A stretch of DNA of 63,994 nucleotides, the filler included, from Streblomastix strix (lineage: Eukaryota), in assembly GCA_008636045.1 (NCBI GenBank). It is 3 parts of 3 records of this genome, joined end to end, with 100 filler letters (N's around TTAATTAATTAA, not from the genome) between each part and the next. Parts side by side here need not be neighbours in the genome. Positions count along the whole stretch, not along the records: positions 43,239 to 63,994 come from SNRW01000415.1; 2 more parts are not named here. The stretch is one strand, 5' to 3'. Both the position numbers and the translations under genes were made by a program. Under the pieces are notes generated by a model, which saw nothing but the letters and a program-made list of their open reading frames with translations, was not told the DNA's origin and ran no database searches. This document shows, piece after piece, positions 54,143-63,994 of this stretch; the stretch's first letter is position 1, and the number at the start of each line of letters is the position of its first letter.

Positions 54143-54428
54143 CTTTTTGGCACATTGGCGGCTCGACTGGCTTTTTTTATGACAATTTTTTACCCGGAAC
54201 ACTCGGAACACCTGGAACGGTCCACGGCTATGGCATTTTTTGTTAAATCTCCATGCTAAAATTATTATATAAATTATGTGTATCCATTATTTGTTGTTAT
54301 ATATTGTTATAAATTGATGTGGTGGCTTATTGGAGATATTTTTTTAAAAAGCATTTTTTAACCGTTATTTATTTATTTTAATTATTTTATATAAGGGGTT
54401 TATATTCATTATTTATTTTGCACATTAA

Positions 54429-54677
54429 AGTAGTATATGATGGTTATTTATGCAATAACTTCAAAAGGTATTAGAATTTATAAAAAACCACGCAAGTTCT
54501 TTTTTTTAAGTTGATGGTCTAACAAATGCAATAATATTTTCGAACAAAGGCGTTAGCCAGCTGTGAGAAAATTTTATAAATTTGAAGGCCAAAAATCTTA
54601 AAAAATGAAGGAGTGGAGATTTTTTATAAAACTGAACACTTTTGAAGTTGGGGCATAAATCACCATCATATACTACT
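54429..54677. repeat. 249-bp imperfect palindrome with AGTAGT...ACTACT ends
   Basis: Outer 39 nt of the two arms match at 35 positions; similarity continues inward to a GGC-GTTA-GCC centre at 54549-54558. Confidence 0.9.
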
Positions 54678-55991
54678 GACATAGCCAACTCATGTTGTTC
54701 ATATTTTATTCTTATATTGTTTTAATTATTTGTTATAATTTTACATTTACAAAATTTTATTTTTCATTCATTTTTAACTTAATTTATTTTTACAATTTTT
54801 TTTTCGTTGAAAATCATGTGTCCTAAGTTATGGAAACTTAAATATATTGTTTTAATAAATTATCTAATATATATAGATTTACTCACACAATTTTTTATTG
54901 ATGATCAATTTTTCATTGTAAACAAAACTACAAGGTATATAAATTCAAAAACTATAAAAATCGTTTACGATTTACGAAAAATCGAACTGGTTGTAGTTAT
55001 AATGTGGTAGTATCAATTAAATTTTCTAAAGATTGCATAATATAAGACAAAATTTTTGTTGTATTTCACAGAAATGACCTCAATTCTTTTGAGAGCCAAG
55101 AAATAAAGGAGACGAAATTTACTGTGATTGTGAGCATATCATAAAAAATTGCTCTAGTAATTCTACTTTAAAGAGTAATTTCCATATTTCAGACACAAAT
55201 TTAAATCTTGTACTACTTCCTATTCATTTGATCTGCACTCGAAAACTCCTAATTATTCCACACCGCTATCTTTTATTTAAATTATTTATTTTATTATGTA
55301 TTTTGATGTTTCTTCCAATATTTTGTACAAATATATTTATAATTTCCTACATTATTACTGTTTTAGTTGGACAAAAATATGCGAGATTTAAATGCTTCAT
55401 TTCTCATAATCGACATTATTTAGATCATTTCCAATTGTTCATAATTAAATAATAGTTTATTGTTCACAATTTATTAATATAAATTTTTTTGATCATATCT
55501 TTTCAAAGATGTTATGCTTCTGGGAATTCATTTCATTTTTCCTACATATTTTTTTTATCCTTTGATTTTTTTAATTATTTTGTTTTTTAATTCTTAATTT
55601 AGAACATCCGTCTTATGCATTTATCAATTATAAAACTATCATGTCCAAGTCAGCAACTGCCGTATACTTGTTTATAATTGCCAGAAATAGGTTACAACTG
55701 CTGCACGCTGGTTTGCAACAGTCACAGACTTGTACATACTGGATACTGATTGATGGCTGAAAAGCATTTATTATCTATTAATTTGTATATCAAATACTTA
55801 ATTTTATGACTTCTAAGCTTCGCTCCTCAATTTATTACTCAATTTTCATATTTCTTTCCAAATAATATTTGATATTATTTATCTATAATTTTAAAACTAT
55901 CAAAATATTACATTTCTTTTCATATTCAACTTATTTTTATTATTAATTTATTTATTTAATATCTTAATCCTCGCGTTTGCTCAGTTTATCA

Positions 55992-58469
55992 ATGTCAACC
56001 ACTGAATAGTAATTTGAAGTTATTTCTGATTATGCTGGAGTTAAAGGAGATACAAATTATATTGCTGTTATGAAAGGAGATGTGGTTCGATTGATAAAGA
56101 AGGATAAAGAATGATTCACAGTTAATAAGGATGAACGTATTGGAAAAGTACCTAAAAGAATATTAATTTAAAAGTAGAACTAAATTTCTTAGATTCTGAT
56201 GAATTTTCCAATATAAACAACATAAATTGTTCCAAAAGCAAAATAATAAATGAAGACAAATAACAACAGTAAATCGAAATCCCCAATAAAAGTATAATAA
56301 ACTTCTAATTAAAAATAATCTAATAATCTTAATTCATTAACTTATTCTCTCATAACATCAAATAAATAAAAGCCAAAAATCTTTCCTCCACATCCAAAAG
56401 CACAAATCAAACTTCAATCTGACAATTAAATATAAACAGTATACGAAATCAAGTCGCAGTCTGAATCTAATATTACAAAATAAGAGATAAAACAATAAGG
56501 TAATTAATTTAATATTTAATCTGTTTCTCCATTAGACAATTAATAATCATAAATCAAATCTGTCATTCAAATAGATAAATAATAATCATAAATAACTCCA
56601 CTTCACTCTAATGCACAAATCAAACTACAATCTGACAATTAAATATAAACAGTATACGAAATCAAATCGCAATCTGAATCTGATACTACAAAATTAGAGA
56701 TAAAACAATAAGGTAATCATTTTAATATTTAATGATGTAATAATTATTATTCTAATAAATAAATAAATAAATGTTTATTATTATTTATATTTTCATTAAA
56801 ATTGTATTTTTTTGATATTTTACTATAATTAAATTACTAAATTAAATTCCTTTCATTCGTATTCAAATTTATATCTTTTATTTTCATCAAATATTTTGCA
56901 GCTTCAAAATATTAATTAGATCAATTGCATTAAATAATTAAAGATATTCAATCCATTATTGAATCAAAGACAATTAATGATGAAGAGAACGAAATGAAAA
57001 TTAAAGAAATATATACTAAATTGAAAAAGAATGATGAAGATGAATTAAAAAAGATATTTAATAATGATGCATTCTAATTAATTCTAATTAACATTAATGA
57101 TTGCATCTCTGGAATAGAGAAGATATTGTTAGATATAATAGAATTAGTTGCAGTAAATGGAGTATAGATGCATGATGATGATGGTTATTATGAAGATCCT
57201 ATCTTCGAAGATATTCAGACATCTGGACTCTTAACTAAGATTAAATAGATAATATAATATAAAACTGAGAAAGAAAAGGAATAAGAGAAATATTCAGTTG
57301 AAACGGAACAATTAATAAGGATTTGTATTCAGATAATGAAAGGAAGATAAATTGAATAATAAATGATAGATATTTCTGTTAAAATAATTGAAAAGAATTT
57401 AATTAATTTATTAAATATAATTAATAGCATAAAAGAAGATAATAATAAAGTTATTAGTGATGAATAAAACAATGAAGATACAGAAAGAGAAATAAAATAA
57501 TCAGAATAATTAATAAAAGTAATTTCATTGATTGGAGAGGAAAATCTGAGAAGTTAGATGAATAAAGTAAGAATTCCAGATCAGATCATGAAGATTGTGA
57601 AAGAAAGAATATGCCCACTTTTTCATTTAAATTGTCCATCTAATATCAATTGCTAATAATGCATCAAAATTCCACAATCTCCTGCTTTAATAGATTTGAA
57701 AACTGCTGTATTCTAAACTCTTTCTGATGTATCATTGAATAATTGGTTATTCACTAACATGTTAGTGAGTGACCATAACATCATCCCCCATCTTTCTCCA
57801 TTCATAATATCATTTGCATCCTAATTTCAACTTGATAAGAAAATAAACTCATAATAATATCATAATTAATTATAAGAATAATTCACTTCTCTTTCACTTA
57901 TATCATCTTCTCTAAATATCCTTAAAAGTCTAATTAATAATAATAATAAAAGTAAAGAAGTTACTAAGATATCTAACAATCTCTATTCACTTTCCATACT
58001 TACAATCTACAAGATCAATATTCACATCAATTAAGAATATGATCTATAAACATTATCTATCAGAAGCAGAAGTAGAAATTGTCTGTGGGTTATTCAAATG
58101 TATAGTGATGCATCTGCCCAATCTGAACTTGTGGACGTTGGATATGCTAGAGTGTTTACCGTTGCAATTAGTGCATCAGGTGGCCATGGTGAATAATAAG
58201 ATCAGGAGATCTTTAGAGGATTGCATTCAATCTTCTTCTTCCTCAATTATCTTCAAGGTGCTTATTCAATGCCACTTCAACCTCTTCTTGTACGAAGATC
58301 AGTTGAACAAATTGAAGAAGAAGGAGCAATTGAAGAAATTGATGCATAATTAATAAATGATGGACATTACAATTGTAATATCAAGGAATAAACAAACAAT
58401 GTCAAAAGAATGATTTTGAACTACTTTATTAATAAAAGTAATCGAAGACCATTTTAATTTAACCGTTGA
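55992..58469 (+). CDS. SH3-domain protein with internal repeat and the same C-terminal family domain as 8625-12769; in-frame TGA in the SH3 (possible pseudogene)
   Basis: FEVISDYAGVKGDTNYIAVMKGDVVRLIKKDKE*FTVNKDERIGKVP; intron 56713-56901; ASKYQLDQLHQIIKDIQSIIES... Confidence 0.75.
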
Positions 58470-59146
58470 ATTTAATCCGATTCACACATGCTAATTAATT
58501 ATCTCCTTCTTAATATTCAATATTTAAACCTTTTCAACTTTGAATAATACTTCTAATCACACACTTTATCATCTACATTATTAATTTATTTCGTAATGAT
58601 TAATTAGAGTGCACAACACTGTATAATTAGAGTGATACCTTATTTAAATTTTTATTATTATTATTATTTATCATTTATTCATCATTCACAACACAACATG
58701 AGTTCTTTTATTCTTTTTCTGTTATCTTCACACATTCATCTAATTTATTTTTAACTTCCATATATATTTGTATTTTTTAATTATTATTTAATTATCTGTT
58801 ATATTTAACATTTAATATCACTTCGTGAACATATTTGTTTAGTTGAGTGTATCTTATTATACAAACTGACAGTCTGAAATAAAATAGAAATACTGATCTA
58901 TATATGAATAACTTATTTAAATTACAAACTAATGTTTTATTTCTTAATCAGCGAAAATGAATCATTTTAATGATATTATTAGTTTATTGAATATATGAGT
59001 AAAGTTTAAACAATAAATAAAGTCTATTCTTATATTAAATACATTAAAATCGTATTTTCTTTCTCAAAATTTAATATTATAAACCATAATTAGATATAAG
59101 TATGTTCGTATAATACTAAAACCATATAGCGCTCTTGGGCTGACCG

Positions 59147-59209
59147 GAAACTTTGATTTATTTGAGTGAAACTTTGATTTATTTAGTGGAAACTTTGATT
59201 TATTTGGTT
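59147..59209. repeat. 21-bp-period tandem repeat, GAAACTTTGATTTATTT core x3
   Basis: Copies at 59147, 59168 and 59189. Confidence 0.9.
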
Positions 59210-59728
59210 TGTAAATTTAAAATTAATTTGTCTGTTTATTACATAACTTGGATGTTTTAAAATTATAATTTATTTCTATTATTTTATAAATAAAACATTA
59301 AACTATTATTTAGCTATAATTTAAACAATTAGCTAGTTATTGCAACAAAAAAATAATTTTTCACATTTTTCCGTTTTGAGCCACAAAATCAAAAATTATT
59401 TCTTTAATTTTTAACATTAATAAATATTAATTATCTATTAGAAATATTTTAATTTTCAATTTCAAATTATAATGGAACTCTGGTCCAAAAAACGAATTAA
59501 AAATTTTTTTAAATGAAAAAATATTTTTTTACTCCATTTTCACATTAAACTAAATTTATACAACATTACAAAATTTATTTTTACTTATAAATAAGCGATA
59601 AAATATTTTTTTGTAATGATATATAACCCCTTTTTTCTACATACTTAAATTAATTTTTATTATAAATATTTCATTAAACAATCTTTTTATTATATTATTT
59701 ATAACAGAGATAAATTTCTCTGCAGGTA

Positions 59729-62700
59729 ATGGAAGACGAATCAGACAGAATTCCGCTTTCAACTCCAAGAGCTAATATTACAATCAGGACTTTACGATAG
59801 AACAACGAGGTCAACATTTTATTTTAATTGGAAGAAATTTTAAATTATATTCTAATAATATTTAGATAGTAAATGAAGATGAGGAAATTAGAAAGAACGA
59901 AATGAATCGCATTTTGTAAATTGAGAATGATAATCTTCGAAGATAGAAAAATGAAATTGAAAAAAATTTTAGGGAAAATATTTCCAATCTTGAAATTTCT
60001 CTTAGAGAAGAAAAAGAATAGCATGAAAAACATTATAATGAATTAAAAGAAGCCAAACTTTAGCTTTAAGAAAGGGTAAATGAAAAAATGAGGAATGAAA
60101 GCAAAATAAAAATACTTGAAGAATAACTTAAAAATGAAAAATCAATTTCTGAAAATGCTTCAAAGAAATCTGACGAAGAAGAGGAGAAAAGAAGATAAGC
60201 AGATGATCAGAAGAAGAAAGAAACCGAAGAAAAAGAAAAATCTCTCAATTAAGCAACAGATTTATAATAAAGGTTATTTGAAAGTGAAAGAAAAAGTGCT
60301 GAGATTGAAGTTTAATTACGCACAATCAAAGATTAATACAATAAAGAACAATAAAAATCAAAAAAACTTGATGATAATCTAATTGAAACAACTGAGAAAT
60401 TAAGTACATGTGAGAAAGTCTTGAAAAGGACTAAAGAAGAAAAATAATTAGAGTAATCAAAATTAAAAGAATAAAATGAACATGATAGAAACATTTTAAA
60501 TGAAAGAATTGAAAGTTTAGAAGAATAACTTGCTAAATCTGAAACATAAGTAAAAATTAATTAAAATAAATATGAATCTTTTGAAAAATAACTTGAATAA
60601 GAGAAAATTTTGAGGATTGAATTTGAAGAAAAAGAAAATAAAGTAACAAAATAAAGAGACAACGAAAAGCAAATTAAAGAATAATTGGATATTGAATTGA
60701 AAAAAGAAAGAAATCTGAGATAATAATTGGAAAATGAATTAAAAATTACATTAGAAGATAAGAAAAAAGCTTAAGAAAGAGAAATTCAGACATAATTAAA
60801 ATTTGAAAGAAAAGAAGAAGAAAGAAGAAAAGCCGAAGAAAATATGAGATTTGAAATATCAAAAAAAGAAGATGCAATTTATGAAGCAAAAAATGCAGAA
60901 GAAAATCTAAAGATTTAAATTGAAAAACGAAGAACTGCAGAAAAAGAAACTTCAGATTTGAAGTGGGAAATTGAAAACTTAAGAAGGAAATATGAAAGTC
61001 TTGAAAAAGATTTTGTTTCCGAAAAAAACAATCGAATGGTTTTTGAAGTGAAATTTAATGCAGAAGTTTAAGGATAAGAATAAATGAAGATTGAATTTGC
61101 AGAAAAAATTGAATAGATGAATATAGTGCATAATAAATAAATTGAAAAATAAAAAGCATTTGTTGCATAAAAGGAATAGTTAAGATAAGAATCAGAATTA
61201 TTACAAAAGAAAGAAATAGAATTAAGAGAAAAATCTCTAAAACGAGCAGAAATAGCTGAAAAAACAATCGCAGAAAAAGATGAATAGATTCGAATTGCAT
61301 AAAATGATTCAAAAATAAGAAATGAAGAATTTGAAAAAATGAAGTAAATTGTTGAATAATTAACTTAAAAAGCAAATGATGAAGAAAAAAGAAGAAAAGA
61401 ATCGGAAATTTTAAAAGGAGAAATTGAAAGGGAGAAGTTTATTTTAAAATAATAAAATGAAAGGATTTAATATGAAGTTTGGAGACTATTGGAAAAATTT
61501 GGAGAAGAGAAGTTTGATGAAGTTAAGAAATTGATTGAAAAGAAGGAGAAAGAAAAAGATGATGAAATTTAAAGATTGAGAACAGAGAATGAAAAAGAGA
61601 ACTAAAGAGCTAATAATGCTGAAGAAAGAATAAAAATGATTGAATAATAAAAAGAATTATTGAATGAATAATTAGAACAAGTAAAGTAAGAGAAATAATA
61701 AGAATAAATTTTGAAGGAAAATGAGAAAATTAGGGCTGATTTTGGTGAATAAAGGATTCTCATAATTGAATAAGAAAAATAAAGAGAAATTAATGAGAAA
61801 AACAATGAAATGAAAAGAGCAGATAATGCTGAACAAAGAATAAAAAAATTGAAATCAAAAAAACAAAAAGAAAAATAAAGACAGATAAAGGACTTAGGAA
61901 AGGTAACAAAAAAGAAAAATAAAGAGAAAGTTCACAAGGAAAAAGATAAACATCATAAAGAAAAAGAATAAAGAAGGCCAAAAGATGATGAAGGAGAAGT
62001 ATAAAATGAAAAAAATGATAAAGGAAAATAACATAAAAGAGAAGAAGAAGAAGAAGAAGAAGAAGAAGAAGAAGAAGAAGAAGAAGAAGAAGAAGAAGAA
62101 GAAGAAGAAGCAAGAGTTCGTAGATTAGAGAAAGAATTTTAGAAGGAAAAATTAGAGAAAGAAAAGAAGGAATAAGAACTGTAGAAAGTAAGAGATGAAA
62201 TTGAGGATATATAATACAAGATTGCATATTGTTATTGTTATTATTTATTTAATTTATAATTATTATTTTTTATTTTATAATTTTTGATATAGATCTTCCT
62301 ATCGCAATTATTAACCCAGATCCAACATATATAAAAATAATTGATGTTGAAGGAAAGATGAAAAAGATAAGTAAAATACAATAGAAGAATAATATTATTT
62401 CTCTTGCTCAAGTTCTTGAGAATGGAGTATACCAAATGGAAGCAGTTTTCACAGAAATTGGTAATAGATGGATGGGTATGAAATCTCTTTTATTAATTAA
62501 GTATAGCAATCATTATATCAATTATTAATTATATGATCTTTAATATTAAGGTATTGGAATTGTGAGAGACTCATTCAACATTCTTGATGATATTTTTCCA
62601 TTCAGCAGTCCTTGTATGAATATATTAAATAATTGTTAATATTTATTTATTTAATTTTTCAATATTTTTAATAGATAAAGAATAAATGATTGTGTATACT

Positions 62701-63136
62701 GGAGCGTATGCTTATCATTTGTATATTTTTAAATTATTAATTTTATATTTATTTATATTTATTTTATACTTATTTATATTAATTTTTAGTGCAAAAAGTG
62801 GATATATTTGCTATAAAGGAAATGAAATAATGGGAAATACTTAAATTCAAAACGATAAGATTGTAAGAGCTGAATTTGATTCATCAAAAGGAACTTTGAT
62901 CTTTTTCCTTGATAGCATTCAATAACCGGTTTATATTACTGGAATTAAAGAGAAAGTCCGTTTCATGGTATACAAATCTATATAAAAAAGAAGTTTTCAT
63001 ATCATTTATAATTTATTTGATTATTTGATAGATTTATATGTACTCAGCAAATTCATCTTGCATTATTCGGTCTCTGAAAAAACTTGCAGCCCCAACCTCA
63101 GTTCATGTGCCAAATGAGAAAGCGATATAGTGGTGA
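59729..63136 (+). CDS. Long coiled-coil protein with poly-Glu and C-terminal SPRY/B30.2-like domain
   Basis: MEDESDRIPLSTPR...; E/K/Q-rich exon; IGIVRDSF, VRAEFDSSKGTLIFFLDSIQQPVYITGIKEKVRF, ends EKAIQW-TGA. Confidence 0.8.
62041..62109 (+). repeat. (GAA)23 coding microsatellite (poly-Glu)
   Basis: Direct observation, in frame. Confidence 0.95.
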
Positions 63137-63856
63137 AAAACTCAAGTGAAAAAATGATAAAAAAAAATAAAATCTAATTGAATTTTCTAAACTCATTCCC
63201 AATATTTTTCTGTTTTTTTCTCTTTCATACACATTAAACATTCACACGAGTGATTTTTATTAACATCAAAATTAATATTTAACAATAAATTAGCATCTGA
63301 AATAAATTGTCCAAATATTTTCAAAATTGTTGGAAATTTAAAGGAAGTTTGCATTACTTCATTTAGTTCCTTCAAAATTTCTATAAAACTAAATTTATTC
63401 TACCACATTTGAATAATAATTTTAAACAAATAACTCTGATATATCAATAATCAGAATAAAATTATTTTTTCATGAAAAATTGCTAACATCAGCACTAATT
63501 TAGTGAATTATTGTATTTATTTTAATTATTTTCAATAATTTGTATAAAGTATTTTAAAATAATACACAAGTTTAAACAAATCTAATTTCTATCAAGTGCA
63601 TTTTCCAAATTAAAAAAATTCATTTATAATAATTTTTTCCTAAGTTTTTTCTACTTAATATTTAAATTTTAATCATTTTTTTATTTTTTTAAACACTATT
63701 TTATTTTAATGAATAAAAGCAACAGATAAAATACAATTTTTGTCTTATAAAATTTATTTCATTTCCCACGAAACTATAATTGATCCACTTAGAAAACCCC
63801 ATCTTGGTTGATTTTAAGTCCACGAATTTGCTTAATTTATTTTTTGCTTTATAAGA

Positions 63857-63994
63857 ATGAGTTAAGACTCCAATAACCGCTTTAACGCTTATCAGTTGAT
63901 AGAACAAATTGCCGGAGACGCGTTTGGAACAGTTTACAAAACAAAACGCACGTATGATAATGTAATGTTTGTGATAAAAGAAGTAGAATTTGAA
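63857..63994 (+). CDS. N-terminus of a protein kinase (NEK-like), truncated by the window end
   Basis: MSQDSNNRFNAYQLIEQIAGDAFGTVYKTKRTYDNVMFVIKEV: degenerate Gly loop plus the VAIK-equivalent lysine. Confidence 0.7.

Larger units (their letters stand above)
43239..54677. mobile_element. Endogenous Polinton/Maverick-like virus; left part missing at contig start
   Basis: Intronless, tightly packed ORFs: pPolB C-terminus, packaging ATPase, probable MCP, fibre-like proteins, HNH-like protein; ACTACT terminus at 54677. Confidence 0.88.

Noticed and set aside
54194..54220. Three GGAAC units at about 9-10 bp spacing
   Set aside because: Too short to distinguish from chance; may be subterminal repeats but is unsupported alone.
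43239..54677. Bacterial prophage or contaminant explanation
   Set aside because: ORFs need TAR=Gln, the ATPase is A32-type rather than a terminase, and the region is contiguous with intron-containing host genes.
54506..54688. 60-aa minus-strand ORF from the track
   Set aside because: Lies almost entirely inside the terminal palindrome; better explained as non-coding.
55640..55760. GC-richer patch with a Cys-rich minus-strand frame (CDCCKPACSSC)
   Set aside because: No convincing start, splice sites or recognisable domain; cannot choose among frames.
246..63907. Most ORFs in the supplied track (hydrophobic F/L/I-rich peptides, poly-Leu 61790-62227)
   Set aside because: Antisense or out-of-frame shadows of real genes under the wrong genetic code.

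Overview
Very AT-rich, intron-rich eukaryotic DNA that uses a non-standard genetic code: TAA/TAG = Gln and TGA is the stop. The supplied standard-code ORF track therefore misses nearly every real gene. The code, intron density and expanded gene families point to an oxymonad such as Streblomastix (inference; a ciliate-like host is not excluded). Two artificial N44-TTAATTAATTAA-N44 linkers split the window into three contigs. Contig 1 has a CaMKK-like kinase, an RNF5-like RING ligase, a PAM2-motif protein, a SPRY-like protein and a disrupted kinase. Contig 2 has CK1, Ras, a DOCK GEF, LSm5, a CINP-like gene and AP-2 mu. Contig 3 opens with an approximately 11.4 kb intronless, gene-dense endogenous Polinton/Maverick-like virus (43239-54677) written in the host code. 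It encodes a pPolB C-terminus, a tandem HNH-like protein, an A32-like packaging ATPase, a probable major capsid protein, two phage-tail-fibre-like proteins and a protein-VI-like amphipathic peptide. It also carries hairpin+U-tract motifs at gene ends and a 249-bp AGTAGT...ACTACT fold-back at its right end. Host genes follow it (SH3 protein, coiled-coil/SPRY-like protein, start of a kinase). All translations were done by eye; exon boundaries and some ends are approximate.
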